DNA of 64,000 nt from a virus (Duplodnaviria > Caudoviricetes), in IMG/VR virus record IMGVR_UViG_3300032086_004057, positions 1-64,000 of that record; one strand, 5' to 3'. Made by a program: the position numbers and the translations under genes. The notes beneath the pieces are model-generated. The model ran no database searches. It had not been told where the DNA came from and saw only the letters and a list, made by a program, of their open reading frames with translations. Below are positions 34,876 through 44,778 of this stretch, piece after piece. Within the stretch, counting starts at the first letter, position 1; each line of letters opens with the position of its first letter.

Positions 34876-35727
34876 GTGAGGTATGTTTTAGTAGCGGACT
34901 TTTTTGCTGAAGACACCGTTGGTGGTGGAGGCACTCACAGTGGGGGTGCTGAATTAAGCGATGAGATACTATACAGTATACTCAAATCTAAAGGTGAAGA
35001 TGTATTCAGGATAAGAAGTAGATATATTAACGAAAACTTCCTGAATGACGAAAAAGATTCACTTTTCATACTTTCAAATTTTTTTCATATCCACCCTAGT
35101 ATACTAGAGAGGTTTTACGACTTAAATTATTGCTTAATCGCTCATGATTACAAGTTTGTTGCCCATACACAGCCTAATTTATACAAAGATTTTTTAGTTC
35201 CTAAGCATGAGCTAATAAACACCTATCTATTCCACAAGGCTAAAGCGACAATATGCCAAAGCAGCTTTCAAGCCGCTATACATAAAAAGAATCTTGAAGT
35301 AAATAATATAATTAATTTTTCTGGAAATTTATGGAGTAACGAGACGCTAGAGTTAATGAGTCAGTTTTCTAAAAATGAAAAGAAGAAGGTTTATTCTGTA
35401 GTTAAGTCTCCATATAAAGAAAAAGGAGTCCCCGAAGCGATAAAATTCTGCATAGAAAATAAGCTGGACTACGAGCTAGTTTATGATAAAAATCACAACG
35501 ATTTCTTAAAAAAGATTTCATTAAACGAGGGTGTTGTATTTTGGTCTAAAGTACCAGAAACGTGCGGTAGAATTTGTGTAGAAGCTAAAATGATGAATTG
35601 CATTGTCCACACAAATGAAATGCTTGGCGCTAGTTACGAACCTTGGTTTAATCTTCAAGGAGAAGAGTTGATAAACGTAATGAAGCAAAAGCATCAAGAG
35701 ATACACAAAATTATAACTTCTTTATGA
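34876..35727 (+). CDS. GT-B glycosyltransferase-like protein (GTG start)
   Basis: GGAELSD, KGVPEA and PETCGRICVEAKMMNC. Confidence 0.7.
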   Translation: MRYVLVADFFAEDTVGGGGTHSGGAELSDEILYSILKSKGEDVFRIRSRYINENFLNDEKDSLFILSNFFHIHPSILERFYDLNYCLIAHDYKFVAHTQPNLYKDFLVPKHELINTYLFHKAKATICQSSFQAAIHKKNLEVNNIINFSGNLWSNETLELMSQFSKNEKKKVYSVVKSPYKEKGVPEAIKFCIENKLDYELVYDKNHNDFLKKISLNEGVVFWSKVPETCGRICVEAKMMNCIVHTNEMLGASYEPWFNLQGEELINVMKQKHQEIHKIITSL

Positions 35728-36656
35728 AAAAATCATTAGTAACAGGTGGCTGCGGATTCATTGGAAGCCATTTAGTAGACAATCTTGTGGATAAAGGTCA
35801 CCAAGTCTACGTTATAGACGACCTATCCTCAGAGTGTAATGAAGAATTTTATTTTAACAAAAGTGCAATTTATCTACATGAGGATATTAAAAACTATAAC
35901 AAAATAGAGCATTTTTTTAAAGATATAAATTACGTATTCCACTTAGCCGCTGAATCAAGAATTCAACCCACGTTAAATAGACCCCAAGATGCTTGCATGA
36001 CTAACTTTGTTGGCACATGTAACATACTTGAAGCTGCAAAAAATTATAATATCTCTAGATTTGTTTACTCTAGTACATCATCTGCTTATGGCAGAAAAAA
36101 TTACAGTATAGCTTACAAACTCTTAAACAAACCCTGCGAATTAAGAGAGGATATGCCAAGAGACTGCCTTAATCCGTATTCCGTCTCGAAGGTCGCGGCA
36201 GAAGATTTATGTAAAATATATTACTCCTTATGGGGTTTAAACACTATCACGTTCAGATACTTCAACGTTTACGGGGAAAGACAACCAACTAAAGGCAGAT
36301 ATGCGCCAGTTTTAGGCTTATTTATTAAACAAAAAAACGAAAATAAACCAATGACAATCGTGGGAGACGGAAAGCAGCGCAGAGATTTTACCCATGTGAG
36401 TGATATCGTAAATGCCAATATATTAGCTATGGAATCCGAAGAGCTCTCAAAAATATCAGGTGAAGTTTTCAACGTCGGGACAGGGCGCAATCATTCGATT
36501 CTTGAAATAGCTAAAATGATTGGCGAGCAAGTAGAGTATCTGCCACCAAGGTTAGGTGAAGCTCAAGAAACCTTAGCTGACATTCATAAGATTTCTAGTC
36601 GTTTAGGCTATAAGCCCTCCGTTAGACTGGAAGATTGGGTTTCTAAAAACAAATGA
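35724..36656 (+). CDS. NAD-dependent nucleotide-sugar epimerase/dehydratase
   Basis: TGGCGFIGSH, YSVSK (YxxxK), RYFNVYG and RDFTHV. Confidence 0.95.
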   Translation: MKKSLVTGGCGFIGSHLVDNLVDKGHQVYVIDDLSSECNEEFYFNKSAIYLHEDIKNYNKIEHFFKDINYVFHLAAESRIQPTLNRPQDACMTNFVGTCNILEAAKNYNISRFVYSSTSSAYGRKNYSIAYKLLNKPCELREDMPRDCLNPYSVSKVAAEDLCKIYYSLWGLNTITFRYFNVYGERQPTKGRYAPVLGLFIKQKNENKPMTIVGDGKQRRDFTHVSDIVNANILAMESEELSKISGEVFNVGTGRNHSILEIAKMIGEQVEYLPPRLGEAQETLADIHKISSRLGYKPSVRLEDWVSKNK

Positions 36657-37633
36657 AGGCCATTGTAGTTGGTTGTGGTATAAGCGGTATAGTATCCGCT
36701 ATCCTTTTAAAAGAAAAAGGTTATGAAGTAGAGATATTTGACACTAGAAGTCACATTGGCGGGAACTGCTACGATCACGAAGTAGAAGGTGTGAGAGTAC
36801 ATAAATACGGACCGCACGGATTTCACACAAACAATGAAAATGTTTGGAGCTTTTTAAACAGATACTCTAAATTTAATGACGTTTGCTTAAAGGCGAAAGC
36901 CAACACTAAAGAAGGGATAATTCCGATACCTTACTCTCCTGAAACTGAAAAAATAATAGGATACAAAACTCCAGAAGAAATACAAGATTTAATATTTAAA
37001 GATTATAGCGAAAAAATGTGGGGAATACCTTGGGAAGAGCTCCCAAAGTCTATAAGCGGCAGACTCCCCAATAAAAGAGAAGACCCAAGTGAATGTTTCC
37101 ACTTAGATACCTATCAAGGTATACCTGAGAACGGGTACACTAGTATGTTTAAAAACATGCTCAACTCAATTAAGGTTAATTTAAACTGTAAACCTAAAGA
37201 CTACCAAAATAAAAAATATGATATTTTAATTTATACTGGTAAAATAGATGAGTTTTTTGACTATTGTTATGGGTGGCTAGAGTACAGGTCTTTAAAAATA
37301 CAATTTGAAACAGCTAAACCGAGACCAGATTTATTTCAACTAAACGAATGTAATGATTGGAACTCTTGGACAAGAAGCGTTGACCATTCTCATTGGCACA
37401 AGCAGAAACTTAATCAAACTGTAATCTCTAGAGAATACCCATGCGAGCACGACAAGAATAATTTACCATTCTACCCTAAACCCTTCGGAAGCAACCCAGA
37501 AAAATATAAAAAATATAAAAAAATTGCAGATAGACTAAACGACGTTATCTTTGTTGGTAGACTGGCAACTTATAAATATTTAGATATGGATGATGCAGTC
37601 GCTCAAGTTTTTACTAAATTAAATAAAATATGA
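36653..37633 (+). CDS. glf: UDP-galactopyranose mutase
   Basis: GCGISG, HIGGNCYD, HKYGPHGFHT and GRLATYKYLDMD. Confidence 0.93.
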   Translation: MKAIVVGCGISGIVSAILLKEKGYEVEIFDTRSHIGGNCYDHEVEGVRVHKYGPHGFHTNNENVWSFLNRYSKFNDVCLKAKANTKEGIIPIPYSPETEKIIGYKTPEEIQDLIFKDYSEKMWGIPWEELPKSISGRLPNKREDPSECFHLDTYQGIPENGYTSMFKNMLNSIKVNLNCKPKDYQNKKYDILIYTGKIDEFFDYCYGWLEYRSLKIQFETAKPRPDLFQLNECNDWNSWTRSVDHSHWHKQKLNQTVISREYPCEHDKNNLPFYPKPFGSNPEKYKKYKKIADRLNDVIFVGRLATYKYLDMDDAVAQVFTKLNKI

Positions 37634-38691
37634 AAAAAGTCATAATCACAGGTATACTCGGCCAAGACGGCTCAAATATGGCGGAATACCTTCTGCTTAA
37701 AAGTGATTTAAATTGCAAGGTCTACGGGATGATGCGTAGAAGCGCTAACCCTAATTTCATTAACACTAAAAAATTTGAAAATCATCCTAATTTTGAATTT
37801 GTATACGGGGATTTAACTGATGAAATTAGCATTGATAATCTAGTTAAAAAAATACAACCAGATTATTTTATTAATTTTGCAGCTAATTCTTTTGTAGGTT
37901 GTAGCTGGGACATGCCGTTACAAGTAATGGATACTAACGCTGTTGGTGTTTTAAGATGTCTTGAGTCAATTAAAAAATTTAAAAAAGATTGCAGGTTTTA
38001 CAGCGCTGGGAGCAGCGAGGAATGGGGGGATGTTGATTATTCGCCGCAAGACATTATGCATCCAATTAAACCCAGAAGCCCTTACGGAGCATCTAAAGCT
38101 GCCGCAAGACACCTAGTAAAAGTTTACAGAGAATCATATGGAATGTACGCGGTTCACGGGATACTTTTCAATCACGAAGGCACTAAACGCGGCGAAGAAT
38201 TTGTCACCAGAAAGATAACAAAAAATGTAGCCAGAATCAAAAAAGAAATACAGTTTTATCTTGAATCTGGTAGACAAAGCAGAATTACCCCACTTGAGTT
38301 AGGTAACCTAGACGCTAAAAGAGATTGGAGCGACAGCGAAGACTTTATGGAAGGGGTGTGGCTTATGCTGAATCAAGACTTAAACAACACAAAAGACTAT
38401 ATACTCTCAAGCGGCGAAACGCACTCTATAAGAGAGTTTGTTGAAAAAGCCTTTGGTTACGCGGAAATACACGGGGTTTGGAGCGGAGATGGTCTAGAAG
38501 AAAAATTCCTCTTAAACGTAAAAGGCGAGCAAGTGACTTTATTAAAAATAAATAAAGACTTTTTTAGACCAGCGGAAGTCGATCTTCTCCTTGGTGACTC
38601 AAAACCAATAATGAAAGAACTTGGATGGAAACCTAAAAATTCTTTTTGCGATTTAGTCAAAAAAATGATACAACATGACTTGAATGAGTGA
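37630..38691 (+). CDS. gmd: GDP-mannose 4,6-dehydratase
   Basis: TGILGQDGS, SPYGASK, LFNHEG..RGEEFVTRKIT and LGNLDAKRDW. Confidence 0.96.
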   Translation: MKKVIITGILGQDGSNMAEYLLLKSDLNCKVYGMMRRSANPNFINTKKFENHPNFEFVYGDLTDEISIDNLVKKIQPDYFINFAANSFVGCSWDMPLQVMDTNAVGVLRCLESIKKFKKDCRFYSAGSSEEWGDVDYSPQDIMHPIKPRSPYGASKAAARHLVKVYRESYGMYAVHGILFNHEGTKRGEEFVTRKITKNVARIKKEIQFYLESGRQSRITPLELGNLDAKRDWSDSEDFMEGVWLMLNQDLNNTKDYILSSGETHSIREFVEKAFGYAEIHGVWSGDGLEEKFLLNVKGEQVTLLKINKDFFRPAEVDLLLGDSKPIMKELGWKPKNSFCDLVKKMIQHDLNE

Positions 38692-39121
38692 TGAAAAACA
38701 ATTTAGCGTTGGCAGAAAAATCGTATCATCTAAAACAGGCAAACCTCCGTTCATACGCAATAAATATCAAGTTTTAATTTGGCAGTTAATTAAAAATCCA
38801 AACGATTTCTGCCATATAGAGTGGTCGAGAGAAACCAAAGCCGCAAAGCTACTATACTTTCAATATCCTGATATTAACTTCTGGAGACAGCTAGATTTAG
38901 GTTTTTACTTAAACTCTTTAAACTTTTTCAACAAATCAGATGGTTTAAGAAAATTAAGAGAAGCTATAGATGAGTATGAACTATCCAAAAAGGTTAAGTT
39001 CTCAACAAAAGAAAAGGAAAAAACAGTAGAAGACCTTGATACCTTTCATAAAGAAATCAAAACCAAAAAACAGGATTTAAGATACGGAGACTTTTTTAAG
39101 CATGGCAAAAAAACAAAATAA
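38684..39121 (+). CDS. hypothetical protein
   Basis: ORF track, 145 aa. Confidence 0.6.
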   Translation: MSDEKQFSVGRKIVSSKTGKPPFIRNKYQVLIWQLIKNPNDFCHIEWSRETKAAKLLYFQYPDINFWRQLDLGFYLNSLNFFNKSDGLRKLREAIDEYELSKKVKFSTKEKEKTVEDLDTFHKEIKTKKQDLRYGDFFKHGKKTK

Positions 39122-40370
39122 AGTAAAAATATGTCTTTGGACTCACGTTCAAAACGAAGCTTCCGTTATCGAAAAGATGCTCGAAACAGCGGTTGACTAC
39201 ATAGACTATTGGGTTCTTGTAGATAATGGGTCAACCGATGGAACCCAAGATATAATTAAAAACTTTTTCGAAAAGCACGGCATTGAAGGCAAACTTTACC
39301 AAAGTAAAATCGGCTGGAAAGGTCATGGTATCAATAGACAGCATTCATGGGAATTCTTAGAAAACACAGACCACGGGTGTGATTACATTCTAAGGATAGA
39401 CGCAGACGAAGGTATTGCAGTGGATGAGAATTTCGACTGGTCAATTATTCCATCCCAAGAAGCGTGGTCTATAATTTATCAATCTGGTAATCATTGTGTT
39501 CCTAGAATGTGGATGTGGAAATGGGGTTTACCTTGGTACTGGGCTGATGACGTAGCTCATGAAACTATCCACTTAAAAGACGGAAGGCAACCCGATCAAC
39601 CTAAAAACATGCCCATAGGTTTTAAGCATGTAAATATAGGCAAAGGTAATAGCTACGAAAATCCTATAAAATATATACAAGATGTTTTAAAACTTGAAAA
39701 TCAATTACATGAAAGATTTAGAGATGGTAGCTCTTTAGAAAAAGAAAGATATCATTTATTTTATTTATGCAAATCTTTCAATTATACAGGATTCTCATTA
39801 AATAATGAAAATTGCTATAAATACTTTCCATACGGAAAAAAACAGTTGAAAAGCTTTTTAGAAAAGGGTATATTCTACTACGACAGATTCTTAGAGTCTT
39901 TCCAAGACAGCGGTGAACGCTGGTACACTCTGCACTTAAAAGCTCAATTATTCGAAAGATTAAATTTAGCCCAAGAGGCTCTAGATTGCTATAAAGAGTC
40001 TTACAATTTAAGGCAAGACAGAGCAGAGTCTTTATTTAGGATTTTTAATTATTATTATTATAAACAAGAATGGGAATCAGCTTTTAAATACGGACTTAAA
40101 CTAAAAAATTTAAAATGCCCTATTGAAACAGACGCATGGCAAGTGGAGCTAGATAATTACTATGAAAATAATTGGCAAATAAGAGATTGCTTTGCGGTAA
40201 CATTAGAAAGAATTGGCTCCCAGCTAAAAAATACAACTTTACTTGAGGAATCAAAATCTATATTTGAATCTCTAAAAAAAGAATTTAAATCGGACAAAGA
40301 TGAAGTAGACAGATTAGACGGGAATATAAAATATATACAAGGAAAAATTAATGAGAAAAAAGAAAACTGA
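39102..40370 (+). CDS. GT2 glycosyltransferase with C-terminal TPR repeats
   Basis: VQNEASVIEKML, VDNGSTDGT and RIDADE; TPR-like C-terminus. Confidence 0.85.
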   Translation: MAKKQNKVKICLWTHVQNEASVIEKMLETAVDYIDYWVLVDNGSTDGTQDIIKNFFEKHGIEGKLYQSKIGWKGHGINRQHSWEFLENTDHGCDYILRIDADEGIAVDENFDWSIIPSQEAWSIIYQSGNHCVPRMWMWKWGLPWYWADDVAHETIHLKDGRQPDQPKNMPIGFKHVNIGKGNSYENPIKYIQDVLKLENQLHERFRDGSSLEKERYHLFYLCKSFNYTGFSLNNENCYKYFPYGKKQLKSFLEKGIFYYDRFLESFQDSGERWYTLHLKAQLFERLNLAQEALDCYKESYNLRQDRAESLFRIFNYYYYKQEWESAFKYGLKLKNLKCPIETDAWQVELDNYYENNWQIRDCFAVTLERIGSQLKNTTLLEESKSIFESLKKEFKSDKDEVDRLDGNIKYIQGKINEKKEN

Positions 40371-41448
40371 AGCTGCTGGCAATTTTACAGCCCTAGATCA
40401 AATTGAAGCTTATTTAAAAGCTAATCAATCTGATCACTATAATTTTGAAGAACAAAGAGATTACACGGTTTCAAGTGGAAGCTTAAAACTTGATATCGAA
40501 ATGGGTGGAGGAATTAAACCAGGTGTCATTAGAGCATCTGGGGTTACAGAAGGCGGCAAAACTTCCTGCGCGTTATCTTTCGCTAGAAATTTCCAGAAGA
40601 TGGATAATTCTATGATTGTCTACATAAAATCAGAAGGCAGACTTTCAGAAGAAATGCTTGAACGCTCTGGGGTAAACACTGATCCAGACAGATTTTTTAT
40701 TTATAAGTGTAATATTTTTGAGTCTGTAATTGATTTAATTAGGCAGTTAGTACACAACAACCCTAACGATACTCGATACATGTTTATCGTTGACTCTATG
40801 GACGCTCTCGTACCAAGAGGCGACCTAGAAAAAAGCTCTGATGAAGCCGTAAAAGTTGCGGGCGGTTCGTTGCTCACTTCCGATTTCCTTAAAAGAATGG
40901 CTTTGTCTTTTGCGAGTAAAGGGCACATTTGCTACATGATTTCTCAGGTGAGAAGCAATATAAAAATAAATCCATACGAAAAAGGTGACCCACAAATTAC
41001 AAACGCTTCTGGCGGTAACGCAGCACTTCATTACAGCGATTGGATTCTAGAGTTTCAGCCAAGATTTAACAAAGACTTGATATCAACACAACCAAACGGT
41101 AAAGGGGAAGCTCTTGGTCATTGGTGTAAAATTATATTTAGAAAAACCGCCAACGAAAAAACTGGTATAGAAGTCAAATACCCCATTCGATACGGAAGAA
41201 CGGGCGGTAAAAGTATTTGGGCTGAATATGAAGTGGTAGAGATGCTGCAAATGTTTGACCTTGCTCAAGCTAAAGGCGCTTGGGTAACCATAAACGATGA
41301 GATTATTGAAGAGGTTAAAGAAAAGCTTAATTTAGAGTTCAAAAAGCAACATCAAGGCGTAGACAATCTAAGAAAATACTTTGAAGAAAATAAAGAAATA
41401 GGGAAATACTTATTTAGTAAATTTATTGAAGTATTGAAAAAGTCTTGA
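40351..41448 (+). CDS. recA: RecA/UvsX recombinase
   Basis: SSGSLKLDIEMGGG, GVTEGGKTS, IVDSMDAL and ISQVR..I..GGNA..HYS. Confidence 0.9.
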   Translation: MRKKKTEAAGNFTALDQIEAYLKANQSDHYNFEEQRDYTVSSGSLKLDIEMGGGIKPGVIRASGVTEGGKTSCALSFARNFQKMDNSMIVYIKSEGRLSEEMLERSGVNTDPDRFFIYKCNIFESVIDLIRQLVHNNPNDTRYMFIVDSMDALVPRGDLEKSSDEAVKVAGGSLLTSDFLKRMALSFASKGHICYMISQVRSNIKINPYEKGDPQITNASGGNAALHYSDWILEFQPRFNKDLISTQPNGKGEALGHWCKIIFRKTANEKTGIEVKYPIRYGRTGGKSIWAEYEVVEMLQMFDLAQAKGAWVTINDEIIEEVKEKLNLEFKKQHQGVDNLRKYFEENKEIGKYLFSKFIEVLKKS

Positions 41449-41482
41449 TTTAGATTCAAAAAAACAGTGTAATATACTTTAA

Positions 41483-41885
41483 GGGGGCGTACTGGTATCG
41501 ATTTAATATCAGACGCTAAAATAGCAAGTCAAGGATGATAGTTGGCCTTGTAAAAATCTATCTAGGTATTCAACTGCCAAAACTGAAGTTGATATGGCTC
41601 CTTCCCTAGCTGAAGCTGACGCGATTCTCGCTAAGTTCGGTTGGGCTGAAGAGGCTGCTGTAGCTGCGTAAGCTACCCGTCCTACTCTGGATGCTCGTTA
41701 AGGAGCTAGGGCGTCGATAACGAGCAAAAAAAGCTAGGAATGAGATGGTCTAGTCTAAATAAAGAGTCTCAAGCCTCGTGCGTAGGTGTTAGTGACGAAG
41801 CACGGGTGTATAACACTGACTAAACTTGTAGAAATTTAAGTTAACGGTATTAAAGACAGGGGTTCAACTCCCCTCGCCTCCACCA
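41483..41885 (+). ncRNA. ssrA: tmRNA
   Basis: GGGGGCG/CGCCTCC acceptor stem with G3.U70, GGTATCGA, T-arm GGGGTTCAACTCCCC and encoded CCA; internal tag ORF ends in AVAA. Confidence 0.96.
41576..41671 (+). other. tmRNA tag reading frame AKTEVDMAPSLAEADAILAKFGWAEEAAVAA
   Basis: Resume context TTCAACT-GCC; 31 codons, then TAA. Confidence 0.8.
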
Positions 41886-41890
41886 ATTTT

Positions 41891-42307
41891 ATGAGACTGT
41901 ACAATATTTATGGAAACCTTCAAAATAAAAATGTTTCTAGATTCCTTATAAAATGGGATTCTAAATCAAGATCAAAATTACAATTTAGAGCTAAACAATT
42001 TTTCAAAACCGTTTGGGACGGCCAAATAGTTTATGAAGAATTTCCTGTTTTTGGGTCAAGAATGAAAGTGGATTTTATGAATTTCACTAAAAGGATAGCT
42101 ATTGAAGTAAATGGGGCTCAACATACAAATTTTAATAAATTTTTTCATAATAATTCCAGAATGAATTATTTAGAATCAATTAAAAGAGATCATGAAAAAT
42201 CCTTGTGGTTAGAAAAAAATAGTTTTACACTCATTGAACTTTATCAAGAAGATGTTGACGAGCTAAGTGAAAAGTTTTTTAATGAAAAATTTGGAGTAAA
42301 AATTTAA
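41891..42307 (+). CDS. PD-(D/E)XK endonuclease (Vsr/DUF559-like)
   Basis: YEEFPV..VDF..IAIEVNGAQH. Confidence 0.75.
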   Translation: MRLYNIYGNLQNKNVSRFLIKWDSKSRSKLQFRAKQFFKTVWDGQIVYEEFPVFGSRMKVDFMNFTKRIAIEVNGAQHTNFNKFFHNNSRMNYLESIKRDHEKSLWLEKNSFTLIELYQEDVDELSEKFFNEKFGVKI

Positions 42308-43863
42308 TGAAAAAAGATTCATGTGCAGATACAGAAATGAACGTGCTGGCTGGCATTATTTGTCACACTGATGAGCTTGTTAAATGCAGAAGCGTTCTTC
42401 ATAGAGATTTATTTGATTTTTTAGAGAACAAAAGAATATTTGATCTTACAATTGAGACCCTTGAAAACGACAGAAAGGTCTCTCTTGCAACCTTGTGCAC
42501 TAAACTTCAAACGCTTGGTTGGACCGACAAAAAAAATAGACCCTTAGATAAATACTTAGAGGCTATATGCCAGTGCCCACCAAACGAAGAGGACGTTCAA
42601 GAGTTTATATATCAGCTTGTCGATTTACACTACAATAGGAAAGGTAAGAAAACCCTTAAAAATATTGAAGATATATTTAATCAAGATTTAACTTTAGCTG
42701 AAAAGTATGATGAAATAAATAAAATTTATACGGATGGTATGAGAGTTCCAGTATCTGGGACTTCCAAACCTGTAAAAGTCTGGAAAGATTATTCCACCGA
42801 TTTAGAATACTACGCTGCTAACCCAGACGAAAAAGACGAAGAGGGTTTTGACTGGCCTTATGAAACCATGAACAAGCAATACGGGCAAATGCTTATCGGT
42901 GAAGTTAGCTTAGTTGTTGCTAGAGGTGGCGTAGGTAAATCTACTGTACTTAGTCATGTATCTGATTTTGTTCAAAATAAATATAAAGTTCCAGTTTTGA
43001 TAGTTGACACTGAGATGCAGACTCACATGGTGCAGCATAGAGCTTTCGCAAGAAAATCTGGAGTGAACTCAAATAGGCTCAGAAAAAACACTTGGTGGAA
43101 AAACGAATCAGACAAGAAAAAAGTTTACAAAGCTTTTGATGATATAAACGAAGAAGAAAACCTTTACCATATTTATGTCGGTGGTAAGGATTTCTCTGAG
43201 ATAGAAGCAATCATTGAAAACTTTTATTACACTGAAGTTGGTCACGGTAACCCATTCCTGCTTGTTTATGATTATATAAAATGCGATGGAAATTCCGTAT
43301 CCGAACACAGAAAAGAATACCAAGTTCTTGGGGATATAGTTGATAGACTTGATAAAATGGCTAAAAGACTAAATTGCGCGATACTTTCAGCCGCTCAAGC
43401 GAATAGAACTGGAGACTCGTTTTCTAATAGAACTGGCGTAGCCGACGATACTACTGCAATAGGTGACTCAGATAGAATCCAAAGATACGGTGGGCAGATA
43501 GTCATACTTAGAAGAAAAATGCCAGACGAATTAATCCTGCACGAGTCCGTTGATGAGGAGGAAACCGACGAGCAAGAAATGGAGCAAAGAGTTCTAACTA
43601 ACGCTAGTCAGTTGAGATTTGGCACACATATTTGGACCTGCGTAAAGGCTAGACACGGTGGTGAAGAAGGTCACGGTCATCTTGATTTAGTTGAAATAAC
43701 ACAAAGAAACGGAAAAACCGTAAGCTCTAACAATTTCATAAATATTACAATTGATAATTTTGATGTCATAGATAAAGGTGACGCTAGACACATGGAAAGA
43801 ATGAGAAGTGAAGACCATGAAATACTTGACGGTCAAGATATAGATATTGAAGACATCTTGTAA
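42307..43863 (+). CDS. dnaB: replicative DNA helicase
   Basis: ARGGVGKST, IVDTEM, VYDYI, AAQANR, DSDRIQ and KARHG. Confidence 0.9.
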   Translation: MKKDSCADTEMNVLAGIICHTDELVKCRSVLHRDLFDFLENKRIFDLTIETLENDRKVSLATLCTKLQTLGWTDKKNRPLDKYLEAICQCPPNEEDVQEFIYQLVDLHYNRKGKKTLKNIEDIFNQDLTLAEKYDEINKIYTDGMRVPVSGTSKPVKVWKDYSTDLEYYAANPDEKDEEGFDWPYETMNKQYGQMLIGEVSLVVARGGVGKSTVLSHVSDFVQNKYKVPVLIVDTEMQTHMVQHRAFARKSGVNSNRLRKNTWWKNESDKKKVYKAFDDINEEENLYHIYVGGKDFSEIEAIIENFYYTEVGHGNPFLLVYDYIKCDGNSVSEHRKEYQVLGDIVDRLDKMAKRLNCAILSAAQANRTGDSFSNRTGVADDTTAIGDSDRIQRYGGQIVILRRKMPDELILHESVDEEETDEQEMEQRVLTNASQLRFGTHIWTCVKARHGGEEGHGHLDLVEITQRNGKTVSSNNFINITIDNFDVIDKGDARHMERMRSEDHEILDGQDIDIEDIL

Positions 43864-44778
43864 GTGAATAGCTTAGTTGAAATTTTAAACAAGCTAGGTT
43901 ATACGAACCTAAAAAGTTCTGGCCCAGTATTTAGAACGAGACCATTGTATAGAGACTCTGGTAATGATCAAATTTTATGTATATTTAAAGATACTGGTTA
44001 TTTCAAAGATCATGGAAGAGATGAATTTAAAGGGCCACTTGAGGAGCTAGTTAGACTAACCCTTAATCTAAAATCCCATAAAGAAGCATGTGAATGGCTA
44101 GGTGTAGGCTACAAAAAAATAAACTATTCACCTGTCGAAAAAGTAAAATACGTAGAACAGGATAAAATTTTTTCAAATGAAAATTTAAATTTAATTACCA
44201 GCAACCACCAATACTGGAATAAAAGAGGTATATCAAATAAAACCATGAATCTCTTTAAAAGCGGATTAGATAATGGAACTGAGGGTGGTAAAATGCAGAA
44301 CAGATATGTATTCCCTATATTTGACAGCAAACACAACATAATTGGCATGTCTGGTAGAAAAATAGAAAAAGAATCAAAAAGACCCAAGTGGATTCATTAT
44401 GGTAAAAAAAATAAATGGATTTACCCCGCGTTTATAAATACCGATAGTATAAAATCTAAAAGCGAAATAATCCTTGTGGAAAGCATAGGCGACATGCTAT
44501 CTTTATGGGAAGCTGGAATCACAAACTGCATAGTTCTTTTTGGAGTCAATTTAAGTGACTCTATATTGTTTTATATTCTAGGGCTAAGAGTTGAAAAAAT
44601 TATTATCGCTTTAAATAACGATGGCGAGAATAAAGCTGGGAATACTGCGGCTAAAAAAATATTAGAAGATTTAAAATATTATTTTGATGAGTCACGCATA
44701 AGCATCGCGCTACCTGAAAGAAACGATTTTAACGAAATGACTAAAACAGAAATTTTAAGGTGGAGGGAAAATGTCTAA
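43864..44778 (+). CDS. dnaG: DNA primase (TOPRIM)
   Basis: RYVFPIFD..IIGMSGR, LVESIGDMLS and ALNNDG...DFNE. Confidence 0.88.
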   Translation: MNSLVEILNKLGYTNLKSSGPVFRTRPLYRDSGNDQILCIFKDTGYFKDHGRDEFKGPLEELVRLTLNLKSHKEACEWLGVGYKKINYSPVEKVKYVEQDKIFSNENLNLITSNHQYWNKRGISNKTMNLFKSGLDNGTEGGKMQNRYVFPIFDSKHNIIGMSGRKIEKESKRPKWIHYGKKNKWIYPAFINTDSIKSKSEIILVESIGDMLSLWEAGITNCIVLFGVNLSDSILFYILGLRVEKIIIALNNDGENKAGNTAAKKILEDLKYYFDESRISIALPERNDFNEMTKTEILRWRENV

